From the NCBI RefSeq assembly GCF_006345805.1, contig NC_043005.1:23808001-23872000 (forward strand): a stretch of DNA of 64,000 nucleotides, written 5' to 3'. Shown here one piece after another: positions 1 to 12,230 of this stretch. The stretch's first letter is position 1, and each line of letters opens with the position of its first letter. Both the position numbers and the translations under genes were made by a program. The notes beneath the pieces are model-generated. The model did no database searches. It saw only the letters and a list, made by a program, of their open reading frames with translations, and had not been told where the DNA came from. This DNA is from Octopus sinensis. Its lineage: Eukaryota.

Positions 1-310
1 ATTAGCAGGTGCCTACTTCCATAATTTTTATCGTGCATTTAATTGTGTTGTTACAATAAAAGGCAATTTTACATAGAGATATATCATTGGAGATATTTAT
101 GTTTCTAAATTTTTTTTGTTAGGTGTTCGTTTGTATGTCCAAAGCTGTAGATATGTAAGTTCCTTAACTTATTTTGAGGGAAATTCAAATTACTCACAGA
201 AAACAGTAGATCTTCCAGTTTTTTACAGTTGTTTTTTCAGTTGTCCTACTGGGTTAGCTGCTGACAGGTTAGAGCAGCGAAAAACACGTCCAGCCTCTGT
301 CACGTCCAGC

Positions 311-380
311 CTTCTTCTTCTTCTTCTTCTCTTCTTCTTCTTCTTCTTCTTCTTCTTCTTCTTCTTCTTCTTCTTCTTCT
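311..380. repeat. (CTT)n microsatellite
   Basis: Near-perfect CTT run. Confidence 0.95.
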
Positions 381-381
381 C

Positions 382-538
382 CATCGCTACGTTCTGAGTT
401 CAAATTCCGCCGAGGTCGACTTTGTCTTTCATCCTTTCGGGATCGATTAAATAAGTACCAGTTACACACTGGGGTTGATGTAATCGACTTAATCCCTTTC
501 ACCGCCAAATTTGAAGCCTTGTGCTTCCAGTAGAAAGG

Positions 539-540
<2 letters not shown>
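382..540 (+). mobile_element. 5'-truncated tRNA-derived SINE with Meta-like central domain
   Basis: B-box-like GTTCTGAGTTCAAATTCC, then GGTCGACTTTGTCTTTCATCCTTTCGGGATCGATTAAATAAGTACC and an (ATT)n tail. Same family recurs at 20958, 34799, 37991 and 41690. Confidence 0.8.
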
Positions 541-606
<66 letters not shown>

Positions 607-709
607 CCGTCGCTACGTTCTGAGTTCAAATTCCGTCGAGGTCGATATTTCGATGCAATCGACTAGTTCCGTCCCCTACATTTGAGGCCGTGTGCCCATA
701 GTAAAAAGG

Positions 710-765
<56 letters not shown>

Positions 766-827
766 GTTTTTTCTTCATTCTTCAAATTTTCTTCCGTTTC
801 TCGCCGAGTGTTTTCCATACACATAGG

Positions 828-877
<50 letters not shown>

Positions 878-879
878 GA
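540..879. repeat. Interrupted (ATT)n/(TAA)n arrays
   Basis: Three ATT runs separated by short inserts. Confidence 0.9.
606..710 (+). mobile_element. Second truncated, internally deleted copy of the same SINE
   Basis: Starts at the same CGCTACGTTCTGAGTTC point as the 382 copy, lacks the central domain and ends in (ATT)n. Confidence 0.7.
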
Positions 880-1680
880 TTTGACTGAGGTTCGTTCTTA
901 TTCCTGGTAGAACTTATATAGGTAGCAGGTTACTACCTGTAACCTTAGGTATCCTCAATCTTCCAATAGTTCTTAAGATCTTCCAGATAATCTCCTTTTG
1001 CCCTAAGAGGCAAACTTTCTGCATAAGTTCTATAGGGCATTCTGTTCCAGTCTCCTAGAACCATTTGTTTATATTTTTTACAGAACCTAACGGTCCAATT
1101 ATTATAGGCACAACTTTTACAATTTTCATATTCCAAATTCTTGCAATTTAAAATTTTAAGGGATGGTAATTTTTTTGTTTTTCATCTTCTTTCTTCCCGA
1201 TGCTGGAATCAAACGGACATGATGGATCAATTAGTAGCCAACTTAGCTTTTCCTTGTCTATTATTGCCATGGTTGGTCTATCAGTTTATAAGCTTCTTGT
1301 CCGTTTGAAAAAGAATGTCCCACAGAATCTTACATTTCTCCAACTCCAGCACTCTTCTCACCCGATCTTCATATCATTTGTCTCCAGCTTCAAATCCTCA
1401 TTTCTGACAAAGCTTCCAGTGTAAAACTTTTACTACTTGGTCATGCCTCTATTTCTTATATTCTTTCTGTCCCAACTTGGGACATTCTGCAACAATGTGT
1501 TCCACTGTCGCGTTACAAGTTTCACAAATTCTACATTTTTCTGTCACATTCTCCCCATATACATTTTCCCTCAAGCTGTTTGTTTTTATTGCTTGATCCT
1601 GGGCTGCTACAATTAAGCAATCTGTTTTTTTTTGTTCACCTCTCTTTCCCATTCCCTTTTTTCCTTTTGCATGTTTGACC
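880..1680 (-). mobile_element. Degenerate R4/Dong-like non-LTR retrotransposon, 3' part (zinc knuckle + restriction-like endonuclease)
   Basis: Minus-strand translation across frameshifts gives LIVAAQDQAI...CRICETCNATVEHIVAEC...HDQVVKVLHWKLC...ILWD...IWNMKIVKVVPIIIGPLG. The 3' end abuts (TAA)n. Confidence 0.85.
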
Positions 1681-3439
1681 TCGATTCTGGTCTTGATCAT
1701 GGTTTGATGACGACCTGCCGGAGCTTGATCAGATACTCTTTGCCTGCCGTGCACGACACTTTCACTATTAATAGTTCCGGTCCCGTTAGCGCAGTTGTGA
1801 TTATTTGGTTTTGACATCACTCATTTAGAGGGAGAAGTTGTAAGGTTGTGCAAACACCAGTATTTTTATCGAGACACCATCACAAGTTGTGTTGCTAACC
1901 AAAGCTCAGAGAGTTCACATCTATCCTCGTATAAACTGTTTTCAGTTTCTACATCATTTCCTACATCATTCATACTGTTGTCAGATACCTTGTATTCGAC
2001 ATTTTCACTCATTCTGGTGATAAGGTGAGACAACTACCAGTTTGTTTATTGTTTATTTATTGCTGTTACTGTTATTGTTGTTGTTGGTCGTTTGGTAGAA
2101 TTGTTAAAGAGCCAGACAAAGGGCTCTGTGGCATTTGCTTCGGGGCCTTTACTATTTAAAAAAAAGAACACTTTAAATAACTTGAGCCTATATACATTTA
2201 AAAAGATCGGATGGTCACTATTGGATTGCATCAAACCTAGATTTACAGATGAAGTGGAGTTAATCATTGAAACAAAGGACACTAACACACACTCACACAC
2301 ACGCAAGTACCCTCATAACACTCATACATAAAAACAACTGAGCGTATACACATTATACATACTCAAACACATACATACTCATATATATATATACATATAC
2401 ATACAAACATACATACATATATATATGTACACATACACATTTGCACATACATATTTATGGTCATATATATATATACATACACATACAGGCGTACATACAC
2501 ACATGGACACACTCACACACGACATACACACCCGTACACATATACAATACTTACCTATATAAATACATTGTTTGCCAACCACCTATAAAATATAAATTTC
2601 GTGTGATAAGATGGAAAGACTGTGAATTAAAGTGAGAAGAAATGTGTTTGAAGTGGTGCAGTAAGGCGTCTGTCTTTGGACAAAGACAGGATATTAGCAT
2701 TGTACGTGAACATTATGTCCATTAGCATGGTACGCCAACAAGTGCACCAAATTAGTTTGGTAACAGATGTCTTTTATTTCTCTTATTGAATGTTCAGAGT
2801 AAAACTAATTTGCTTGTTCCATAAAAATTGTTATGTCACCCTAAATCAGCTTTAATATAGAAGAACAATATATACACACTCTGTTGCCATTCTAATATCA
2901 TCTAGCAGCGTATCTTTGTTTCTTAAGCGTTCCGTCCTGTGCCCAAATCTCTGTTTCATATCCCTTACTCCATCTGCTGATGAGTTCTGGGCATGAACTG
3001 ACAGTGACTGCTTCTTGCGACGTAACAATGTGCATGCCTCTGCTTAACAGATTAGCTAAGCCGAACAAATCTGACTGCTTCACTGATTCCAGCTAACGTA
3101 TACCAGGGCCAGTACACTTCAAATCAATTCAATTCGTTTGCTAGCTTGTGTCACTCGCTTACTTCCATTTTCGGAGATATTTTAGAATCGTCTACCACTT
3201 CCATATTGAATTCTGCTGCCTTCGACATCGACACAGCATTAGTGTGAAAGCAGCTGGAAAGGTCAGTACTGTTGTGGCGTGGTGATCTGATTTCTACAGA
3301 ACTGGAGATTTTTGACAGGTCTCCAACCCTATATTCTATCATAAATTGCTTTCTGACAACATCCGCCTAATCAACGACACGTTTCCACCACCATACCCCA
3401 ATCCATTTTGCTCCACCTCCTCTTATCCTTTGTCCTTTG

Positions 3440-4030
3440 CCACATATCTCTAGAATCTACCGTCTCCCTAAGATCCATAAAGAAAACAACCTTGTCTCAT
3501 TTTTCCCACCTGCAGTTTCTCCACTGTGCTCATCTCCAGATACTTTGACCAGCTATTCTCACCTTTTCTTTAAGCTCTTCTACTCGTACCCATGACATCA
3601 ACAACGCCTTTCACCTCTCCAACACTTTTTTTTATTTCCCTTAACCCCTCCCATTTCTTTATTATGGATGCTAAATCCCTCTGTGCTATCATAACTCTCC
3701 TGAAATATTTCCTTGTCCGTGGTGCCACATTGGAGACCAATACCTCCACTCTTACCGCAAGCTGAACTCGTCCTCACACTCAGCTACTTCTCCCTTCCTG
3801 TGACTGTCATTGAGTTACTGGTGTAGCATGATAATCAGGAAGGGTTCCAACTACGCTAACATCTTTGTTGGTCAAATGAAGGCCCAAATTATCACCCATT
3901 TTATGGGACCCATTTCAGAAATGCACGCTTGTTAGATTGACGGTTGTATTGGAAACTTTATCCATTGAGAGCAGCTCTTTTACTCCTAAACACCTCAACT
4001 CCGTCATACATTTCGTCAACTGCTTCTAAA
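3440..4030 (+). mobile_element. Highly degenerate Penelope-like reverse transcriptase remnant
   Basis: Frameshifted motifs: IYRLPKIHK, FIMDAKSL, AELVLTL, GSNYANIFVG, and a decayed YxDD region. Confidence 0.65.
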
Positions 4031-5309
4031 CAGATTTCAGTCAGTTATACGCCATGGAAATCCGTAACCGGCATTATAAGTCCTAGAGTTCAAGAAAGAA
4101 AAAAAAAATGACTACGTAGACTTTATAGGCTCATTAACATCTGCTGATGAAAATGTAGCCGATGCTATCCTTCCACGTTCCACGCAGAGTGGATTTTCTG
4201 TATTATAAAGATTACGTTCTGGGACATACAGTTGAAATCTCGATTAATCTCTTCAAAAGACTTTCTGTAACTAACTCCTATCACAGTTATCTTATTTAAT
4301 CAAAGAGTTCAATCAGTCATTCATGTTTTGTTTTTGTCAACTGAGGTGATCTAGCATGTTTAAGAGGCAAAAACATCTTTCAGTCATCTTACAATAGAGC
4401 TTCTGGAAAGTCTCGCTTTGAGAAGTACTAGATCCACTTTACAGCTGTTGCCAGCTTTTCTTTATTCCTAGAGAACTAAGAATTTACTTCAGTTCTCCGC
4501 CATCTATTATAGTTCTAGTAGTTTTTTTTCCTGGAGTCAAAATAGATTTCTGAAAGTGTAGCACTCTTCCCTTTATAATAAGAGGAGAAATAAATTTTTT
4601 TTTTGCTTCGGTTTCTAAAATGTTTTATATCTGCTTCACGAAGAATGGCAATTTGATTTTCAAAACCAAAACAGCATGAAAATTCTTTATCATGGAAGTT
4701 TTGTCCGACACAAAATAAAAAGCAAACAAACTAAAAGACTTAATCTAGCTGTAATCTAAACTGTAATTAGTGCTACTTGTGTATAACTTTTGATTAAGCC
4801 ATTAAAAGACCTCCTGGTACACTTCCATTTAAAAAAAGATTGGAAGTAGTCGTCTTGACATTTTAAATAGTTTTCCAAAATACTTATTATAAAATTCAAT
4901 TGAAAACAACAACCTTGTCCTTAGTTTTTTTCTATGTGTACAGTCTTTATCTTTCCTCTCTTTCCCGAGACACTGGTTCTTGACTAAATACGAAAATCTG
5001 GAAGTTTTCAAAGCAAAGCGTTTTTTTTTCATGAAAACTGGATATGTACAATTTTGTTAAAACACGTTTTACTCCTAAAGATGATATTAGGAGTATGTGT
5101 ATGAAGTACTGCAGTGTTTGCAGCAAATACACAATTTAAATTGCAATATACTGCGCTTTAATGTAATAAATTTAATAAAATAGTTATTTTTGCATGTACA
5201 TATATACATGCTTACATGTACACACGCTTTACTCACACGTGTTTATATATATATGTACATACATACATACATACATACATACATACATACATACATACAC
5301 ACATACATA

Positions 5310-6196
5310 CAGGGTGCGGTTAATAAATTGTTTAAATTACGCAAAAATGAAAAATAACACTGACATCTCACTTTAACAGGTATATTTACCAAAATTACAT
5401 TAAAATATCTTGAAATACTAAACAGTAAATTTATTCAATAAAATCGCATTTGGTTTCAACCACGGCCTCCAGACGACTTTGGAATCTTCCGCAACTCTTC
5501 TGGAATGCCTCCTTATTTAAGTTGGTGAATGCTGCCATAATCATTGCCTTCAGTTCATCTTTGGTGTTACAAGGAGTTTTGTTGGTCTCTCGCTCAACTG
5601 TGCTCTACACATAATAATCAAGGGAGTTGCAGTCTGAAGAGTTAAGTGACCAGATGTTAGGGGTGATGTGGTCGCAGAAATTATCTGACAGACATGACTG
5701 GGTTCTCCTACTTGTGTGGCATGGTGAAGAGTCCTGTGGCCAGACATAGGGTCTTCCAGCAACCACCCTCTTGACTCAGGGCAGCATTGCCTCCTCCGAG
5801 CACTTGGTATTGGCCTCTGTAATGACTGTGAGGCCATGTGGAAAGATGAATGGATGTATAGCGCTGTCATCACTAGTGATCACTCCAAACACTATGATGT
5901 TAACTGGATGTTTGATTTTTATCACTCTTGGTACATGTCCTCAAATTGCACTATCCTCCGATTGGCACCCAAACATTCTGAAATGTTCGTGTTGAAGCTT
6001 CCCACACGAAAGCCAAGCCGTACAGCATGTCGTTTCATAATTTCTGGCATAGTGAATTGCGTCACGCTACTGTTTTTCTCACAGACGGTGCCCAACTGAC
6101 TCTACTATACTGTGTAGTCGACAAAATCAAAACCAATCAATGAACATGAACGAAACTAAAAATATTAAATGGCGACAATTTACCCATCGCACCCTG
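5310..6196 (-). mobile_element. Internally deleted Tc1/mariner element, DD37D (maT)-like
   Basis: Imperfect TIRs CAGGGTGCG...AAATTGT at 5310 and ACAATTT...CGCACCCTG ending at 6196, with TA at the left end. Minus strand gives KHPVNIIVFGVITSD...RPYVWPQDSSPCHTS...WSLNSSDCNSLDY...DELKAMIMAAF. Confidence 0.8.
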
Positions 6197-6206
6197 TGTC
6201 TGTCTG

Positions 6207-6287
<81 letters not shown>

Positions 6288-6451
6288 ATATATACACGCA
6301 CACACACACGGCCATTTACTGTGTGGGCATTGTCTAGTACTGCCTTACTCTTTGTAATGATTTCTGATAACAACAACAACAACAACAACAACTACTACTA
6401 CTACTACTACTACCACCACTACTACTACTACTACTACTCCTACTCCTACTC

Positions 6452-6488
<37 letters not shown>

Positions 6489-6788
6489 ATCATTAATCAA
6501 TGTCGTTGCTTCTTTTGGAAGTCAGAATTCGAGTGTCTTTACCAATTATAGTTTCATTGATCATGGTCGATAGAGTTGATGGCAGTTAATATATTTTAAT
6601 CACCGGTCATTACAGTTTAATATCTGTTTAATCCAAGGGCAGTTTTAATCAGTTTGCTGTGTAGTCAGTGACGAATATTTGACATCCCCGTCACCGAGTG
6701 CTTCTTTGTAATCTCATTCGGTAATCTCATTCATCTCCTACTTTGATGTGGCTACTCGCTTTACTGTTTATATATATATATATATATA

Positions 6789-6820
<32 letters not shown>

Positions 6821-6822
<2 letters not shown>

Positions 6823-7920
6823 CGACGAGGGAATTATACGTGCCAAACAATTAGACACAAAAACACTAAGAACAACGAAACATAACACCACACCTCAACT
6901 CAAAACATTACTATTTATATCAACACACAACCCCCAAAACAGTGAGGCATTCAACACTATTGTGCAAACTATTCCTGAAAACGCACATCCTGAAAACGCA
7001 CAAACTCATCAAATGCAAAAAATAAAACAAATCACTAAAGAGACTACTAACAAATGCGAAGCTTTACAAAACAACCACGAAACCAACGGTTGAAAAATGT
7101 GGACGCCCAAACTGTGGATCCTGCCCCAACCTGCTTGAAGGCTCGGGTTTCCTTTTCAAACAAGGACAGAGGTTCATAATTAAAACTAGTTTCACTTGTG
7201 CCTCTGAGAACCTAATTTATGTAATAACCTGCTCGGGTTGCAGACACCACTGTAATGGACAAACGAGTATGACCTTGAGAAAGAGAAGCACTTTACATAA
7301 AGCGCAAATTCGTTTCCCTCAATACAGACAAATTCCTCTCAGTGAACATATAGAAAAATGTGCAGGTAACATCAAACCAAATTTCACAGTCTTCCCTTTC
7401 TACCAGTGCAAAGACACAATCTCGCAACTAGAACGTTTAAATAAAGAAACTTTTTTCATTGAAAAATACAAAACACGTCTTAATAAGCACGCATAACCAA
7501 CTTTTATCTTTTTACATATTTCAATTCACGATTGCATCACTGTACATAAATCCGCTCACTAAACAAGGTTTTTGAAACTTGTCTCTGTCTGTACACATAT
7601 ATATTCCCCTCCCATACCGAAAGCTGAACAGTTATCTCCCTTACCAACAACAATAACAATAACGACAACCAATTACCTCCCTTTATTTATCTACTTGTGA
7701 AGTCATTCACTCGTGAATTTCATTACACACAACATGGACAAAATTTCTTCTTAAGAAAAAATATATATTCAAATAAATAAAACATAATATCATGAATAGC
7801 GATAGCGAAACCGGACGATATATTAAAAATTATATTAAAACTATGTAAGTGTGCGTATTTTCTTTTTTTAATTTCTTATATACATTACAACTCACCACGT
7901 GGGGATAATCGAAATTCCTC
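6821..7920 (+). mobile_element. Penelope-like element, 3' part (GIY-YIG endonuclease + 3' UTR)
   Basis: CGRPNCGSC, NLIYVITCSGC and GQTSMTLRKRSTLH...LSEHIEKC...ETFFIEKY. Homologous to 39170-40352. Confidence 0.85.
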
Positions 7921-7960
7921 TTTTCTGTTACTACTACTATATATATATATTATATATATA

Positions 7961-8160
7961 TAGTTAATCCAAACATGAAAACACAAAGAGAAAGCACAAC
8001 AACACGAGGACGTGGAACAAGTATAGTGTTATTGGACGCTCAGGAAAGGAAAGAAAGAAGGAGGACTTAACGTTTCGAACGGAGCTCTTCGTCAGAAACA
8101 TAGGAATAGGAAAGATCCAAGGAAGGGAAGATGGTGGAAAAAATCTCCAACGGCACACAC
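7961..8160 (-). repeat. (TA)n-anchored PLE-terminus-like repeat carrying a hammerhead motif
   Basis: Same family as 16943-17010 and 17130-17300. The GTTAATCCAAAC end abuts (TA)n in every copy. Confidence 0.7.
8064..8100 (-). ncRNA. Putative minimal type I hammerhead ribozyme
   Basis: Minus strand reads uguuu CUGACGA A GAGC ucc GUUC GAA ACGU U aag: conserved core, 4-bp stem II, palindromic ACGU stem III, weak stem I. Confidence 0.55.
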
Positions 8161-8219
8161 GTGTTCACATATTGAATGACCGGAAGGAATGGGTAAAAAA
8201 AAGTTCTTTCAAAGACAGG

Positions 8220-9540
8220 AGAATGCAAAAGAAGGAGGTATGTGTGTGTATGTGTGTGTGTAATGATAGCACGTGTGTCTGTGTGTGGTTGTGGCTGTTA
8301 ATCTATGTGTGGGGTTGGGCTTAATATCGTTTAATGTCATAGGAAGTATGATAGTAGGAGTAGCTATTGTGTCTACCTACCCATCTGCGTAGAAGAATGG
8401 TCAGTGGAAGGTACTGGTAGTTCGAAGTATGTGTGTGTGCGTGTATATATATGTATTGTGTGTGTTTTGTTTGCAGTGTGTGTGTATATGTATGTGTGTG
8501 TTCGTGTGTGTATGCGTAGAGGTTGTGTGTGTGTGTGGAATAACTGTGCTTTACTTTGTGTATGTGTGCGTGTGTGCTTGTATGTGCGTATGTGTGTATA
8601 CAGGTATGTATAATTGTGTGTGTGTATGTATGAGTGTGTGCTGTGAGTATGGCAGGTATATGTGGGTTCATTTGTGTGCGCGTGTAGTTGTGTGTACGTG
8701 TATGTGTGCGTGTGTGTGTGTGCGTGTATACGTATGTGGGTGTATATACATGTATCCGTGGGGCTGTGAGTGTCGGGTGTGTGCATTCGTGTGTGTGTGT
8801 GTATCTGTGTCTATATGTGTATACGTATGTGTATGTGTGTGTGCGTGTCTATGCATATATTGTGTGTGTATGTATATGTATAGGTGTGTATGTGAATTTG
8901 TGTATGCGTGTGTGCGCGGGTTGTGTGTGTGGGGGTTTGTGGGGTTTGTGTAGGCGTAATGTGCGTACCTGTGTGTATGTGCGTGCGTGTGCTTGTGTGT
9001 GTGTGTGCTTACGTGCATGTGTGCGTGTATGTGCGTGTGTGTTTGTGCCCATGTGTGTATAATTGTGTGCGTGTCTCTATGTGTATTGTTTGTTGGAGGT
9101 ATATGTGCGAACCTGTGCTAATGTGTGTGTGTATATACGTGTGTATACGTGTGTGTGTGTATTATGTGCGTATGTATGTGCGTGCGTGTGTATATGCGTG
9201 TGTGAACGTGGAGATGTGTGTCATGTTTTATGCATTTTGTTGTGTGTACGCGCGAGTGCTTGAGTATGTGTGTATGTGGTTGTATGTGTGTGTACGTTTA
9301 TATGTGTGTGTGTGTCTAAAGGTGTGTGCGTGGGATTGTGTGGGATAGGTATCTGTGCATTCCTGTGCGTGTGTATGTGTGTGTATGTATGCGCATATGT
9401 AGGTGTACGCGTCGGTGTATGTGGGGGTGTGTGTATGTGTGTGGAAATATGTGTGAGCATATATGCATGTATGTATGTTATGTGTGTGGTGTGTGGGAGG
9501 TATATGTGCGTTCGTGGATACGTAAGTATGTGTTCGTGTA
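8220..9540. repeat. Degenerate (GT)n/(GTAT)n simple-repeat tract, about 1.3 kb
   Basis: Alternating purine-pyrimidine low complexity; explains the overlapping VCVC/THTH ORFs. Confidence 0.95.
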
Positions 9541-9835
9541 TATAGAAATAAAAACAATAATTTATAAAAGCAATAAATTATAAACAATAAAAAACAAAAA
9601 AATTATAAAAACAATAAAATAATCCAATATAAAAGACGCAATTACAAGTAAGAAATGAAAAATGAGAAAAGAAATAAAGTTGCTTGTTGCAGGAGGTGTA
9701 GAGGCAGTCACTAAGAGGAGGGGGCTGTGTTAAGTCCGTTTTGAAAGCCCATAGAAAATGCGAACTTTTACGTCGTGAAAAACTGTGGATTTGTATAAAG
9801 GACACATAGACACACAGACACACAGACATTTTACC

Positions 9836-9871
<36 letters not shown>

Positions 9872-10580
9872 TTAATCATATCGAAGGGAAATGGAAATTA
9901 ATATAAATTTTCACTTCCAGTGACCCAGCGCGTAAAAATTTAGTCTAAAGACTATGTATTACTCATAAAACACAGTGTACATTTATACACATAAGAGGAA
10001 TCCACTCATGGGATTCATCACGCTAGAAAGAACAGTTAAGATCTAAAACCACAAAATTAGGGGAAAAATTCCGAAAGAACGAAATGTAAAATAAAAACTT
10101 TTACCATCTAGTTTCCTAGACTCAATTGGTTTCTGATTTTAGTTTAGCAAATAAGATAATTTGCTAGGTGAAATCGTTCTCAGCAGGTACACCTCAGATT
10201 AAATACATAAAGACGAGGCAACCAATTATATGACTTTTGTTTATACATCCTAATTTTTTCAAATCTACTGCGCAGGCGCAGCTCCTCGTCGGCAATAAAA
10301 GAAAATGCCAACTTTTAAAATTCGAAAATTATCCAAAAACTTACAATACTTAATCAAATCGAAGGGAAATAGAAATTAATATAAATTTTCACTTCCAGCG
10401 CCCCAGCGTGTAAAAATTTTGTCCAAAGACTATGTATTACTCATAAAATACAGTGTACATTTATACACATAAGAGGAATTCACTCATGGGATTCATCACG
10501 TTAGGTACTAAAACCACAAAATTAGGGATAAAATTCCAGGAAACTAGATGGTAAAAGTTTCTATTTTTCATTTCGTTCAT
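9872..10580. repeat. Diverged direct duplication (period about 478 bp) of an unclassified repeat
   Basis: TTAATCA..TCGAAGGGAAAT..GAAATTAATATAAATTTTCACTTCCAG... occurs at about 9872 and 10350. Confidence 0.85.
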
Positions 10581-10589
10581 TAGTAAAGA

Positions 10590-10720
10590 AGGTAAATCAC
10601 GCAGAGTAAAGCCGCTTGGCACATATTGACCTTGAACTTTGCTGTGCATACGCAAAGTTTTTACGCTCTGGTTCACTTCCGCTGTTTATAGCAGTAGTTG
10701 GAAGAAAAGTGTGTAGCGTG
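10590..10720 (+). mobile_element. Mariner 5' subterminal fragment
   Basis: Aligns with 20600-20720 (GCCG..GGCACA.ATTGACCTTGAAC...TTGGAAG.AAAGTGTGTAG), which lies upstream of a mariner transposase. Confidence 0.55.
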
Positions 10721-11079
10721 TTCAAATTCAATCTTTACGCGGCTTCACTCTGCGCTTAGTTACGATGGCAAAAGTCCGTATACTTATTGAGCAGGTCTTG
10801 TATATCAGTCCAGAGGGTCGGTAGCGTTACAGGGCTTCCGATACTAACGAGAGGGAAGAAAGAAGATATCCTCAAAAGGGAGAGCTGGCCCGGATGCTTA
10901 TAAAGGCAACCAAGGTGTTAGATTAAACTGAATGATGTATTAAGTCTACCACCTAAGTAGGTCATAGAGGGATTTGTATTCAGAAGGCAAAAAGCCGAAA
11001 AGAAACTCGGGAAGTGCTCGGTCTGATATTTTTACAGTTTCACTAATTCACCTCTCGGACTATTCTTCCTTTTTTTTCA

Positions 11080-11185
11080 CTCTTTTACTTGATTCAGTAA
11101 AACAAATCGACCCCAGGACTTATTCATCGTAAGCCTAGTACTTATTCTGTCGGTTTCTTTTAGCGGGGTCGTAAACACACCAACA
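11080..11185 (-). mobile_element. 3' fragment of CORE-like SINE
   Basis: Reverse complement of 41180-41255 (GGACTTATTC..GTAAGCCTAGT.CTTAT). Confidence 0.65.
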
Positions 11186-11470
11186 GGTTACTCTGAGTTT
11201 CTCGTTGCCGTTCATCAGATAGTTTTTGCTAGAATGGAACCGATATATCAATTCAATCCATACTCTTACAAACGCTACACCTTTAAAAAAAAATTTATAT
11301 ATAAGTAGCTATATATATATATGTGTGTGTTTGTGTGCTTGTATATGTATGTGTGTTTGTGTGTGCATGTGTGAGTGTGTGCATGATATACATACATACA
11401 TGCATACATATCTATCTATCTATAATTAATAATAAGCCTCTATTATTCATTTCATTGTACTCCGTTCCCT

Positions 11471-11518
<48 letters not shown>

Positions 11519-11526
11519 ATATATAT

Positions 11527-11580
<54 letters not shown>

Positions 11581-12105
11581 TGTGTATCATTCGATTTTCC
11601 CTTTGGATTGATTGCTTTCATTCAATCCTTCACTTTCTCTGTGATTTAACATTTGAGCGGGAATCTAACAAAGATAAAAATGAAAAACAAACAAACGAAC
11701 AAACAAACAAACAGACAATAGTTTGTGCGTGCCCACACACAGACACACGTTAGAGACATAAACACACGCTATGCACTTATTTATAAACGAATAAAATAAA
11801 TTCAAACGCAAAGAGAAAAAAACCCCAGCAAAACACACATTAGTTGAAGACATAGAGACAATCACATAGCTAACGCTTGAAATCAATAAAAGGCTGTACT
11901 ATTGGAAACATGGCTGATCACACATTTCAGGAGCTTCTGAACACGCACACGCACATTCGGAAACGCATAAAGACAGAAATAAATATGGTTGCAGAATATT
12001 TCGTTTCAATTTCGAACTGGAATTCTTAATTCTATTATCTAAAGAACAATTTGAGATTTATTAGATTTTATATCAAATGAATAGAAACTATTGCTGAAGC
12101 ACAGC

Positions 12106-12230
<125 letters not shown>

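Noticed and set aside
945-1136. ORF MEYENCKSCAY... looked like a host exon
   Set aside because: It is an out-of-frame reading of the R4/Dong C-terminus (IWNMKIVKVVPIIIGPLG in the adjacent frame).
2092-3342. Short ORFs in unique-looking sequence (2092-2331, 2898-3083, 3151-3342)
   Set aside because: No recognisable motifs or convincing splice pairs; lengths are within chance expectation.
9640-9840. Possible non-autonomous Helitron/Helentron 3' end
   Set aside because: Only a (CACAGA)n tract and general resemblance; no terminal hairpin or CTRR identified.
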